64,000 nt of DNA from Eledone cirrhosa (GCA_964016885.1 OZ024743.1:101990001-102054000); one strand, 5' to 3'; positions 13,022 to 26,489 are shown, counted from the first letter of the stretch. Numbers and translations are program-made. Notes: generated from the sequence alone by a model not told the origin.

Positions 13022-13460
13022 AAAGGATCCCGATGTAAATAGGGAGGTAACGACTGTCAAAGATGGTACTCAATGCGTTAGTAAGTACAGTTATATTTAT
13101 TTTATTATAGAAATTACTTCTACAGAACTAGAACTGTTTCATTCTTAAGAAATCATCAAGAAAGTCCTTTTCTCCTTTGGAGGATGACTTCATATTCCAC
13201 GACATTCAATAGGGGCTTGGTAATTGTCGAATAATATTCCTGTATGTTCAATTATAGAAAGTGGGTATTATGCTTTTCAGGTAGCTCTTGGAACCACGTA
13301 CTATCCGCAGAAGTGTGTTATTGCATAGGGGCTGAGGTGAAGCTTTTTGGACTGATGGTAAAATCCTGCCCATATTCTTTTGTTCATAGTTCCGATGGCA
13401 AATTTAGGTTTGTGTTGCTGATGAATTCTAACGAATGAAACAGATCTAGTCAGTTGTTCA
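13022..13460. mobile_element. Penelope-like terminus (CAG family) with opposed hammerhead motifs at 13116-13165 (-) and 13418-13451 (+)
   Basis: TTGATGA/CTGATGA..GAATGAAACAG.TCTAGT motif shared with 17833-18019 and 31698-32073. Confidence 0.6.
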
Positions 13461-13596
13461 GATTTTGAAATGATGTTTTCGAAAGTGCCTTATATAGTTC
13501 TGAAAAGGAAACAAAATCCTTCTGTATTTAGAGTGGATAAGTATGTAAATTTATGTGTTGTTTGTCTGTACAAACCTGTGAGGATATATGAGTATA

Positions 13597-13816
13597 CAGT
13601 GACGGACTAGGTCTAAACATATTGGTTGCCAGGAGATGAAAGTCGCCCACCTACATATAGAATGCTATCATTTAACTTTTATAATGAATAAATAACATTT
13701 TCAAAAAATACATAAGTGGAAACAAACAGTACAATCACATTTTTGCGGAAAAAAATGTTACCTTCTCCAATAAAAAATATGTATTTTGCGAAATCCAGCG
13801 ACTTTCAATAATGACC
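13597..13816 (+). mobile_element. Left part of a non-autonomous DNA transposon (relative of 14561-15313)
   Basis: CAGTGACGGACTAGGTCTAAA... ~220 bp homologous to 14561-14788. Confidence 0.6.
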
Positions 13817-14240
13817 AGAAGTCGACCCTAAATATTTCTAATAGCTCTAGGAAAGCCATGAACGACACCACATCTTTTAACTTTGATTTTGAAAGTACTT
13901 TTGTAGCTGTCTCGGCTGCCTAGTTGAATGAATCATAGCGGCGGGGATCCTGGTCTGAAGTTCGATCCTGGCTGGGAGTTGGGTTCCCGGTAAACCTTTT
14001 CAATTTTCTTTTTCTATTGGTTGTAAAATAAAAACGGTTACATGGACCTCTTGACCAGGATTGAACCCAAGGACAGGTTCTCCACCGTCTCTAGTACCTA
14101 CCGCTAGGCCACAGAGACAAGTATGAGAATTTGATGAAAATTCATACTTATAAACCTACTTTCAAAATTTTCAAAACAAAGTGTCGTGGTGTCGTTCATG
14201 TCTTTCTTAATGTTATTGCTTCTACTTGTGGTCGACTTCT
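13817..14240. mobile_element. MITE-like element with TIRs and two inward-facing tRNA-like heads
   Basis: AGAAGTCGACC/GGTCGACTTCT and GAAAGCCATGAACGACACCAC/GTGGTGTCGTTCATGTCTTTC; A/B-box-like arms at 13909-13978 (+) and 14048-14118 (-). Confidence 0.65.
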
Positions 14241-14492
14241 AAATCATTTGGGTGTCCCATAAACTACATCCTCTTTTTGTTTCTCATCTATCTAGACTAG
14301 ATTTTAACCTGCAATCCATGTTTCATTTCTGTTCCACCTCATATCTCCTCTTCCCCTCTCTCTCTCTCACTCACTCTCTCTCTCTCTCTTACTTTCTCCC
14401 TGTGATATTTGAATCTACTATGATTTGGGCTTACCTTATTCCTATATATATGTTTTTGCATGTCAGTTTGATTCAAACTTACAATAATTTGC

Positions 14493-14542
<50 letters not shown>

Positions 14543-14560
14543 TATATATATATAAATATA

Positions 14561-14810
14561 CAGTGGCGGACTAGGTCTAAAAATATTGGTTGCCAGATGA
14601 AGGGGGGGGGGGGGGAACCTACATATAGAATGCTATCATTTAATTTTTATAATGAATAAATAACATTTTCAAAAAATACGCAAATGGAAACAAAACAGTG
14701 CAATCAAATTTTTGAGGAAAAACATCTTACCTTCTCCAATAAAAAATATTATGTATTTTGCGAAATCCATAGACTTTCAATAATGACCTTTGGTCTTTCA
14801 CACTCACTCA

Positions 14811-14905
<95 letters not shown>

Positions 14906-15313
14906 TGTGTGCGTGTGCGCGAGCGTCTATATCTATATATCTCTATATATATATATGCTTGTGTGTCTGTGTCTATATATGTATGTTTGCACGCATAAAT
15001 GAATACACTAAGGCTTAGATTTAGTAGAATGTACAACCACCGATTCCAGCTATTTGCACTATCATATATTTTGGTTTCTAGTTATTCCCTGGGGAATTGG
15101 TTGAGTAAATACTTTGCTTAATTGTTTTATTTTTTTTTTTTAAATGTTATTCTTTCTCTCAGATTTCAGGTATTTTTTTTAAAGCAAAGCATTGTCCCCT
15201 AAAATATTACAGTGCGATCTGCAATTCTACTGTGGGCTGTTGCAATGCTACCATGGGCTACAGGGGGCCCACTTGCCATTGGGCAGCCTGGCAACCTGGT
15301 CAGTCCGCCACTG
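14561..15313. mobile_element. Non-autonomous TIR DNA transposon (hAT-like CAGTGGCG ends)
   Basis: Perfect 12 bp TIR CAGTGGCGGACT/AGTCCGCCACTG plus subterminal GGTTGCCAG/CTGGCAACC; TSD not clean. Confidence 0.65.
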
Positions 15314-16284
15314 TATGTATACGTTTAAAAGCGTGTATGTGCATGTTTGTTGGTGGTCTGTTCAGAGATGTGAGTGTAAGTGCAGCGGTGCATGCGTGTT
15401 TGATGGTGATCTGTAGAAAGCTGTGACGGGAACGAAGCCGTAGAAAACTCGAGTGGTGAATGTGCTCAGCATTTGACAGTGAATGAATTAGCAGTAACAG
15501 TGACTAGATGTAGAGAAGCTACGTGAAATTAACGTATAGGTCGTTGATTATTAAGGAGAAACGTGCAATTTTAGCGTTATTCTAAGCGAGGATTAGTAGG
15601 ACACAATGTATAACAAGATTCGTTCTATGAAATACAGATAGAAATCATTTTTCTGAGTTGAGTAGACTGAGGCAACGTGAAATGAAGTGCCTTGCTCAAG
15701 TACACAGAAGGAATCGCCCTTATAACTTTACAACTGTAAACCCAGCACCCTTATCACTAAGTTGTAATGTATGTTAGAGATTATGCCTTCGATTTTTTTC
15801 CATATAGCTTTATATGTTACAAACACAGAGAGTAGCAGAATAATATCATGGATTGTATGAGTTATTAAATATTATTCACTACTGATCTGCCAACATTTAT
15901 TGTTGAGTGACATTTTGGAGTCTGCAATTGTGCTGTGATCTTGAATGTAATGTATATTGAATCATTTTTTTATGGTGGATTGGAGAAAAGGGTGGAGAAA
16001 TGTTTTCGTTAATTGTAACTACAAGGTGGTTGATTTGGCTGAGTCGTTAGAGCGCTGGATATTTGTTCTGGGCAATTGTGTTAAGTTGAAGTCACCCTGA
16101 TGTCTATTTCTTTCTTTCATCCTATCGAGGCATCGCTCTCTCTTTACAGTTATCACATCAGTGACGTTCCACTGTAACAAAAAAGGATGAGTCGAGAGGG
16201 TGTCTGCATCTGCTTTGGCTCCACTTTGTCTTTCATCTTTCACTGTTGATAACGTACCAGCCTAGTTCAAAAATATTAAAAAAA

Positions 16285-16440
16285 TTCAGACACAAAGGCA
16301 GGCTATTGCGTTAGCTCAATTTCTTGACTTGCTGCTCGCTTTACTAGAAGTCCTGTTTTCAACAAATGTCTCAGTGTAGTTATGTGTGTCTTCTAGAGTA
16401 GCTATGTGTGTATCACAGCATACTATGTGTTTATCAATCA
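16285..16440. repeat. Interspersed repeat with an inverted copy at ~20770-20945
   Basis: CAAAGGCAGGCTA.TGCGTTAGCTCAATTTC...GAGTAGCTATGTGTGTATCACAGCAT found in reverse complement 4.4 kb downstream. Confidence 0.65.
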
Positions 16441-17832
16441 CAGTTTATCTTTGTGTGTAATTTAGTGTAGCATCATTTCCTCCACCCAACTGTCACATGA
16501 AAGGTGAGAAGGTTGACAGGACGTATCTGTCTACTGATGTCCACTTTGCCTTTCATTCATTCATGGTCGATAAAGAAAGTACCACCCCAATGTTAGTGCC
16601 TCCATATCTTTCTCCAGCTGTCACATCACCGATGTTCCACTAGATCAAAGGAAACAAAATTGAGAATTTGAGAATTTGTCTGTGTCTGCTTGCGATTGAA
16701 TGAGCTCTTAAAACACTCAGCGAAAGAATAGTACAGGCTACTAAGTCATAGCCGACTGCGTATAATATCTGTAGTTATTCGTCTCAGATATATCAGATGT
16801 AATCTCACTCACATCTCTCTTCAGAAGTGTTATAGTAATACACTATGTTTAAAATGCAGAACAACAGTTAATGCATTATTTTCTAAATTGTATAAACTCG
16901 GTCTTAGATCACGTCACATTCAAAACAAAATGCAATTCCGAAATTGCTAAATTGACCTTTTGACTTAAACTGTAGCATTACAGTTTGTTTTATTTTAATT
17001 CTCAATTCTAAATGGAATTTTTATGTATTATATTAGATGAAAAGTACGTGTTTTTTCTCCATAGTTGTCAGTATTTGAAGAAATTGGTTTCTTCACTAAG
17101 AAACAATTCGCAGCAATCTGTAAGAGACAGAAGCCATCAGCATAAGAATTTAATATGACAAATCAAATGCTATAACAATATCAGACCATTTCCTAATTAG
17201 AATCTCAATTGAGAAATTGTACATTTTCAATCAGCTATACTTCAAGCTAGACTGGTATAAACTACACTTCTCAAACTACTTCATTCTTAGTATATTTTCT
17301 CTTTCATTAAATAAATAATTCCATTTTCAAGCATCATCACATCATTCATGATACGATATTCATCTCGAAACCAAAACAGAATCGAATTAATTTTTTTCGA
17401 AAGGGATTCTCTATATGGTCACACGATCTGGTAGAAATAACAGTCAAATAGCAATAAAATAACAACATGCTGTCTTAAGAAAGGAATGATATATCGGATA
17501 GTGTACTCTTCCTTCGGAAGGCAAAATATAGAATGCTCATGATGGGAATACCTTTAATCATAAGTTAGCTTGAGTAGGGTTCTCTTAAGTCTAAACAAAA
17601 CAAAAATAACAACATGGGTGAGAATACGGAAATATAGAAGGAAGTGACTATACATTTCACTTTTAAGGTACTATCGAATGCCAATAAGACAGAATTTCAG
17701 GGAAGATGTAAATGCAATAATCATCACACGGCCGTAACACCAGTAGATTATGGTATATGTATGTGACATTCATAACAGTGTATCAATGCATCTATATGTG
17801 AAACTCACTCAAATATATATATATATATATAT

Positions 17833-18019
17833 AATATAGAAATGGCTTTTACAGGACTAGGACTGTTTCATTCAGAGGTAATCATCAGGTATTACTGATA
17901 ATTTCCTCTGAATGAAACAGATCTAGTCCTGTAGAAGCCATTTCTATATTAAATATTTATACACTGCTATGTATTGAGTTCCTTACTGTGGTTACCCCCG
18001 ATTGAACCCAGGATAAACA
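17833..18019. mobile_element. Fold-back Penelope-like terminus (CAG family), both arms starting at the hammerhead core
   Basis: TCATCAG-GTATTA-CTGATAA centre; arms 17833-17888 / 17895-17950; tail to 18019; (TA)n flanks. Confidence 0.75.
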
Positions 18020-18076
18020 TATATATATATATATATATATATAAATGAAAGATATAGAAAACACTGCAGCGAAAAG

Positions 18077-18171
<95 letters not shown>

Positions 18172-18174
<3 letters not shown>

Positions 18175-18623
18175 AAATGTGTGAGATCCTTGGTACAGTT
18201 AGGTATATTTGAAAAAAAGGAGAAGCATGACTTCACTTGTTGTGTTAAAAAATGTTATGATTTAATGTTATAATATAATATTATAATATTATGAGTTGGT
18301 AGATCCAGTAAGTGGCGGTTGTCAAACCGAGTAACTTCGGTGGGAAGAATTTTAGAGATTCCTGGTTAACTTGGGTTGGATAATTTTCTCTCATTCGTCT
18401 GTCTGTGGCGAATGTCAAACTGAGATGTCAGTTTGACAATCGCCACAGACAGTGATAAAATTCTCCAACCTAAGTTAACCAGAAATCTCTAAAATTCTTC
18501 CCACCGAAGTTAATTAAGAACTTGCTGGACCTACCAACTCATAATATTATAATATTAGATTATAACATTAAATCATAAAATTTTTTAACACTACAACTGA
18601 AGTCATTCTTTTCCTGTTTTTCA
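18172..18623. repeat. Fold-back insertion with ~200 bp arms and a ~37 bp one-sided tail
   Basis: Centre CAAACTGAGATGTCAGTTTG; same family and same two ends as 22653-23056. Confidence 0.75.
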
Positions 18624-18687
18624 TATATATATATATATATTTGAAAAAAAGGAAAAGAATGACTTCACTTGTAGTGTTAAAAAATGT

Positions 18688-18808
18688 TAGTCTGAATGTC
18701 GTATACAAATAGACGGATATACAGGATTGAAGTGAATATCATACACACACACACGTGCGCACACATATACACACTCACACACACTCACTCACACGCAAAC
18801 ACACACAC

Positions 18809-18882
<74 letters not shown>

Positions 18883-18933
18883 TATTCACTTCGATCCTGT
18901 ATATCCGTGTATTTGTATACGACATTCAGACTA
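18688..18933. repeat. Palindrome centred on (CA)n-(TA)n-(TG)n
   Basis: TAGTCTGAATGTCGTATACAAATA...GAAGTGAATATCA mirrored at 18880-18933. Confidence 0.75.
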
Positions 18934-19428
18934 GTATATTGGATTTGAAAGTTAAAGATGCGGGTTAATGACTGAAATGCCATAGGTCACACGTCTCTTC
19001 AGCGAGGGTTGTGCTGTATCTAAACACCACAACCATTTCCACAATCAACTATAAATCAACTACAACAAAAACAAATACCGCAAATATAATTTGTCTTTTA
19101 ATATTGAAGGGTTTAAAAACTTTAAACATGTTCTACTATATCAATATGAAACATATACGCGATTAATTATTCTTAATAGTATATTAAATACAGCCGATAA
19201 AATCAACTTGAAATATTATACAATTACAGTTCATTTCTGACAGCTGTTTTCTCTAGATAATATAAAACTCCTATGATTTATCAGATAAATATTCCAAATG
19301 AATATTCTATGATTATAAATGTGCATAATACTTGATAATACTTGTAAAATCTCTCCCCGATCACTGAATAATCTGACATGTAATTTAACCCACAACAACA
19401 TCTAGAGTGCCTATATATATATGAACAA

Positions 19429-19475
<47 letters not shown>

Positions 19476-19572
19476 TATATGTGTACATACGTATGTATAT
19501 ATATATATAAACAGATATACATTTACAGATACACGTATGTATACATACGTGTATATATATATAAATAAATAA

Positions 19573-19649
<77 letters not shown>

Positions 19650-19758
19650 CATATATATATATATATGCATATATATATACAAACATATATATATATGTAT
19701 ATATATATACATACGTATATATAAACATGCGTGCACACATTCATACATACGTACATAA

Positions 19759-19820
<62 letters not shown>

Positions 19821-19823
19821 AGG

Positions 19824-19867
<44 letters not shown>

Positions 19868-19888
19868 CCTGCCTGTCCCCTCATTCTT

Positions 19889-19924
19889 TCTTCTGATGAA
19901 GGAGTAGCGTCCGAAACGTTAAGA
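19889..19924 (+). ncRNA. Minimal hammerhead motif at a Penelope-like 3' end
   Basis: TCTT CTGATGA AGGAGTAGCGTCC GAAA CG TT AAGA after a pyrimidine tract; degenerate relatives at ~8180-8212 (-), 22525 and 60314. Confidence 0.65.
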
Positions 19925-20032
19925 CCCTCTTGTTGCATGTTCAAGCGTTAAATTGATATGTTCCTGCCGTTTGTTTTGTTATTCCTGTTTATCTTTTACA
20001 CACACACACACAGAGACACAGACACACACACG

Positions 20033-20125
<93 letters not shown>

Positions 20126-21675
20126 GTCATACTAATTGTTCTCACAATACAGTGACTATATCATATCCTGCCAGTGAATCTGTCTTACCAATAAACTTCA
20201 TGATTCCACGACGAGTCTTTCAGAGATTAAAGTAATAATTTTTTTATTATATTCATAAATAATATATTTTAGTAGTGGTGTCCATAATAGCTGCCAAACT
20301 TCTATGGATCACCTTTGAATACATACAAATATGTGTAGGTATTCATCAATGCATGCCCCTTCCGTCCTGCACCTCATCATTTGACTAAATCTTAATATTA
20401 TATTCGGGCAGACTAATTTATATAAGCTCTAATTTAGCTTCACTATGTACGAGAGATTAGAGATACGTCGATTTCAATGCAGAATGTTCCAGTTGTTTAT
20501 ATCAAAGTATCACCTTGATCAGGAAATTTAGAATTCACAGATATGCATATTCTTGGTGTAGTTACCCGGGAGATTCGGCGTGATACCGTGCCAGACAAGA
20601 CTTTGCCTTTGAAATTACAGGTGGAGTCAATTTAATGGACTACCAAAGTAGTTCTGTCTGCTCAATATCCCTAAGAAGGCATAGATAGACAAGAGGGTAC
20701 ACTCTGATAAACACAAAACTACAGTACGGTACACATATAGCTAAACTACATTACACACAAAGATAAACTGTGATAAACAGATGGCATGCTGTGATACACA
20801 CATAGCTACTCTGGAACACACACATAACTACACTGTGAGACATTTGTTGAAAATAGGACTTCTGTTGCAGAGTCAACCTCTAGTAAAACAGGCAATAAGT
20901 CATGAAATTGAGCTAACGCACTAGCCTGCCTTTGTATCTGAGCTTCTGAAATATTTTTGGAATGGTTTAAAGAGATGATGAGGATATGTATCTCAGTCCT
21001 ATAACACATGGGATTAAAACTTCTAACAATTCGGTTTGTTATCTGACACCATTTCAATTCGGCCAGCGGAAAAGCTATTCAGAATCGTTATAACGATTTC
21101 TTACATTGGTAAAGAGGCACATAATCCATTGGAGGATATAGTCGAGCAAATCGACCTCGGTTCATGATTGATACTTATTTTATCGTTCCAGGATAAATGA
21201 AAGACACAATCGACATTAGCCATTTAATTTTAAAACATCTAGACATACACGCATATACTGCAAGACGGTATACTGCACTTGATATCTTCCACTGATTTAA
21301 AATAGAATAACAATAATTATTTCCAACAAACCCACGGTAGTTCATGTCTGTTAGTTAAAGTGTCTACGTTGTCGACTGGCCTGCTAGACATAGTATGCCG
21401 CATCCGAAAAGAATGTTTTGATTAATATGATTTCAAGGTTCTTGCAAAAAGGAACTACTACGGATTAGTCACGAAAACAACTTTCATTTTTATTCTAGTA
21501 AGTAATTTCATTGCATAATCTAAATTCCCATATTTTCAACGCTTTAATATTAATTTTCCTATATATAAATATATATACACACACACACGCGTGCAAACAT
21601 ATATATCCACATTCAGCTCGTAAACAAACACACACACACCCACACCCACACACACACATACACACACACACACAC

Positions 21676-21727
<52 letters not shown>

Positions 21728-22652
21728 GGCGAGAAAATCGAGTAGGAGAGCAGTTACAGTCTAAAATATCAAAATAACGTTGCTTCAAAATCACATTACT
21801 TAGGATTGTGAAAGAAAAACGATCAAAAAGACTTGGTGTAGTTCATTACTCGGAAACTTTAAATATGTCATGCTATTTGATAAGGTTGAGATTATTACTA
21901 GCAATTAAATAAGAGACAGTGAAATGCTGACGTTGAAAGGAATCTGGTCAAACGGGAAATTACGGAAGATTCTAGAATAGAGTATAACAGGTTTATTTGA
22001 GTATTGTGAAACACTTTAAGAATGGGACTTGGACGTTCCAAACGCTATTCCCACTGCCATATATATATATATATATACACCCCCACATATTTACACACTC
22101 AGCCTCCGGGACCCCCCCCCCCCATATAACCCCTCCCCACCCCTCCCCATCCACACACGCACACATACACCGACCTACACCCCACCGCACACACACCTTT
22201 TCCTGAACTTGGAACCCAGTTCTTCCCCCAACTCTCACATTCACATACACCTACACACACAAACCACCTTCAGCCCTCCCCGCTCGGATACCCCACCTCC
22301 CTCTCCCCACTCCACCCGCCACCACTCCTACATGCCCCACACCCTTCCACCACTTGTTTATCTTCATGTTTATTTTATTTTTATTATTATTTTTTTCATA
22401 TTTTTTTTCATATTTATTTTCATTTGTACCACTTCCACCGTTTCCTCTCACCCCCCTCTTTTCTAAATGTCTCTCCCCCACTCCCCGACACACACTTGGA
22501 ACTCTCTTCCCACACACTTTTCGCCTGAAGAAAGGCTTATGCCCAAAACGTCCCCCCCCCCACACACTTTCAAGAGTGTGAAACTAATAGACTTTTGTTC
22601 GTACTGCCTCTGTTTTGTTCCCGTTCCATGTTTCACTATATATATATATATA

Positions 22653-23056
22653 TGAAAATGTCTGGGATCCTTGGTACAGTTAGATATATTTGAAACAAAG
22701 GAAAATAATTACTTCACTTATAGTTCTAAACAATTTGATTTAATTTAAAATTTTATAATATTATAATATTATAAAAAGGGCGGTGGATTGGCAGTATCAG
22801 TAGAGCGTCGGGCGCCATGCTTTGACGCAAAGAATTACGTCTCTTTACGATCTGAGTTCAAATCCCGCAGAGGTTAACTTTGCTTGTCATTCTTTCGGGG
22901 TCGATAAAATAAAGAACCAGTAATGTACTGGGTATTTGCTGGCCTTGTGCCAAAAGTAGAAACAATTATAATACTATAAAATATTATTATAATATTATAA
23001 AATTAAATCCAATTGTTTAGAACTACAAGTGAAGTCATTCTTTTCCTTTTTTTCAT
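22653..23056. repeat. Fold-back insertion (family of 18172) interrupted by a SINE
   Basis: Arms 22690-22776 / 22982-23056. Confidence 0.7.
22777..22968 (+). mobile_element. Family-A SINE with 15 bp TSD
   Basis: GGGCGGTGGATTGGCAG...GAGTTCAAATCCCG...GTAGAAACAATTAT; TATAATATTATAAAA (22762) / TATAATACTATAAAA (22967). Confidence 0.8.
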
Positions 23057-23111
23057 ATACAGTATATGTATATATATGTATATATAGACAGTTGACTGTC
23101 ACCACACATTA

Positions 23112-23150
23112 TGAACCTGAAGATTGCGAAAGCATGAAAGTACTTGTTCA
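23112..23150 (+). ncRNA. Minimal type I hammerhead
   Basis: TGAAC CTGAAGA T-TGC-GAAA-GCA-T GAAA GTAC TT GTTCA. Confidence 0.8.
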
Positions 23151-23301
23151 ATTAACACTTAACATTTAATATTCTACCATACTATTTCATTCTAATACCA
23201 TTATAAATTTTAAAGGATTGTAAATAAAACGAGTAAATCAGACAAAGTTGGAATTCCTCTTATTAATATAATTTTCTATACACAATCATACACACCCGTG
23301 T

Positions 23302-23390
<89 letters not shown>

Positions 23391-25400
23391 CTGACATTGG
23401 CATCAGCTGGGAGAAACGGTAGGGCGCATCACAAAATATTCTTAATATTGAATTTCGCCGGATGAACTCTGTGTTTCATCCCAATTGGGTTGATGAAATA
23501 GGTGTGAATAATGAATTATGATTGATTCAATTACTGCGAAAATTGGCCATGTGTATAGACGAATGAAATCATTACCCTTTAATTATCTTATTCTGAATGT
23601 AATTAATGTCTGTACTGATTAATGTCCGATAAATCACTAATTAAGGAAATTTTACACCTTGGAAACGTCCTAAGAGGAAACAAATGTGTGTTCATTTAAC
23701 TAAAGAACAGTGCATTAGTTAGAAAAATAAAGGAAATATACAATTCATCAACGTTTTCATATATACAAAAGATGAAACAAACAAACGCCAGGAAAATTAT
23801 ATAACGAAAGTAAGGGAAAGAAGGAAACGACAGACTTTGCACCTTAGCCTAGACGTTATATCTCAGCTGTGCCCGGCAGACAAAATAGTGAAGTTATTCT
23901 CCACAGAAAAAAGACAGTAACACAAAAAGATTCGAATAGTAAACTAACGTTTTCTAGTTGATAAAATCAGTTTTGCAACTAAAAGAAACATTATTTTTGA
24001 TGGCATTGATATCAAGAGAAGGAAAGTGAAGTCAATTAGCGTAGATATAAAAGTGAAATCATTAGCATAGATATAAAAGTTGAAGGGATCTCAAGATTTT
24101 GGAGTCGCATGTGTGCTGTCTCGACACACGGCGTGTCCTGGGCATTTAAAACCTAGCAGAACCAATCCTTCTCCTACTCGGAACGCAGACAATGTCTTGC
24201 AGAGAAAGTAATAAAGTGAGATAAACAAAAGGAATCGACTTCAGTACTGGACTGCTATTTTATCTAAGTCGAATGGGTGAAAGGCAAAGTTGAACCGGAA
24301 CAAATGCTGAGGCCTTTGATTCCAACGTCTCTAACGACTCCTGCCGTTTTACAACGTAATTATACGAAAGTAAATACTCTCGAACATTTGACCTGGTAAT
24401 TAACGGTTTCTACAACCTGAACTCAACGCCTAACCGGTTATATCAAGCTACTGGAAAGTATGCTATCCATTACTTTCCCATTCATATCAAAATTATTTAC
24501 AAAGAATATATTGTGAATCTTTAACTCGAGCAAACAACGGTTTCCGACATAGGGATCCGTGTGACACACATGCATTCTCCCATAGATTTAGTGGCTCAAG
24601 TAAAGATAGTTGAACATGGGGGGGGGGGTTAAATTAGAAAGAATAGCGACATAATATACCATACAAGAAGGAGATTAACACGACGCTCTACCGATTCTTC
24701 CATCTCTCCCCTTATATGGTGAATAATAAAGTTATAGAATAATATTGTAATAGAAGTTACAAGATCAAGAGAGAATCTCTACAACTGAGTGGCAGCCCAA
24801 CCATCCACCTGGAAACAAGTGCTAAACCAAACTGTGTATGTATATATGGACCCAAAACTCATGATAGAGTCGTACGGTGCTGTAGCGACATAACATTTTA
24901 AAATTTATTGGACCCCATTTACTCTCCAGGTCTGAATAATATTTTTCAGAGAGAAAAAAAAAAGAGAGGGTGAGAAAGTGATATATAGGTAGAATCGAAC
25001 CCATTACTGTACAGGTACATTTTTTATCCACTTTCAAAGTCAAACTTGATCTCGCTAGAGCGTTGAGAGTGAGAACAAATACCGCAAAACATTCTATCTG
25101 ACGTTCTTGTTTGCATGCATGGTCACGTAACGTTCTAACTACTCTATCAATTCATCGCCTCTCGTAGTGTTATTAATAATCAAAGGTCATAATGTATCGT
25201 GTACTCGTGCAAAACTGCTTCGAGTCTGCTTCAGGCGTTTCGCTAGACATTTAGGTTGATAATGAAAACAGCAGTAGTTCGAAACTAATTGGATTGGAAT
25301 TTTCCTCTTTCTTTCAAACAATAGTTTTTGAAAACAAAATATATTACATCTTGCTGAAGAAATTATTGTTGTTGTTATTATTATTATTATTATTATTATT

Positions 25401-26421
25401 GTTCTTTGAGTCTCAGTCATTGATGTTATTTAACTGGAAAGTTTGTTGAAATGAATATGAAGCCACTACCTGCAGCCTCAGATATTCAGGACGTATCGGA
25501 GGGTTCTTGCTGTTCCCAGCAAGCATGCCTTTTGAAGTGTTCCAAAAAGCGGGGCGGGACCAATTTTCTTTAACCATCCTTGGAAACTCTTTCAGATAGT
25601 ACGTAGTGCGCCTATGACAATCGGGACCACTTTGACATGGCAGTTCCAAATCCTTTTTACCTCCCACTTTAAGTCCTGGTATCGGTTAATTCTCTCCCTC
25701 CCCTCTTGCACTCTCGTGTCAAATGGGCAGGCTACATCCACAATCAGGCACGATCTTTTTCCCTTGTCCAAAACCACCAGGTCAGGTCTATTGTGTTCCA
25801 GTTTCTTATCCGTCTGTATCCTAAAATGCCACAGCACCTTCACCTGATCGTTTTCCATCACCGAATCTGGCTTATGCTCATACCACTTCTCAGAATGTGG
25901 TAAATAGTTTACTTTGCATAGGTGCCAGTGGATCACCCTGCCCATCACATCATGTCTCCCGCCCTTATAGTGAGTCTGGGCTAGGTGTTTATACTCGGAT
26001 ACAATGTGAGCCACAGTTTCCTCTCTCTCTCTCCACAGATCCTACACAGTGGGCTAGCCTCCTCCTTGTAAATATGGTGTTTCAGCCACTTCGTTTTGAG
26101 GGCCTGCTCCTGCGCAGCCATTAGCATTCCTTCTGTAGCCTTTTTAAGGTCTCCTCTTTTCAACCAGTTCCATGTCTGTGGATCTCTAAATTCAGTTTTC
26201 TCAAAGAAGGTACTATGAAGGGATTTTTCATGAAGGTTGCTCTTTCTCCTTGTTGTTATTTCCTCCTTGGACATCCCCTGGTCTATTGTCCTCTCCTTCA
26301 GTACGATTCTGAGCATTGGCTCCCTACTATCAGTCACGTATTTGTGTAGGTTGTTTTTCTCCATCTGAACACAGTCCCCTATGCTGATAAGACCTCTTCC
26401 ACCTTCAGATCTCCTTAAGTA
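25401..26421 (-). mobile_element. 5'-truncated R4/Dong-clade non-LTR retrotransposon (zinc knuckle + restriction-like endonuclease), frameshifted
   Basis: YLRRSEGGRGL, AAQEQAL, CRICG..HIVS, RHD, RPDLVV..IVDVACP, VVPIVIGAL; (TAA)n at both ends. Confidence 0.85.
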
Positions 26422-26440
26422 GATTATTATTATTATTATC

Positions 26441-26489
<49 letters not shown>

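Noticed and set aside
13909-14118. Genuine tRNA genes
   Set aside because: A/B boxes present but no convincing cloverleaf; embedded in TIR arms
16640-16770. Minus-strand ILYAVGYDLVACTILSL resembling a GPCR TM1 exon
   Set aside because: Too short, no donor site or companion exons; lies among decayed SINE fragments
22777-22968. SINE apparently captured in a fold-back loop by template switching
   Set aside because: A 15 bp TSD shows an ordinary later SINE insertion
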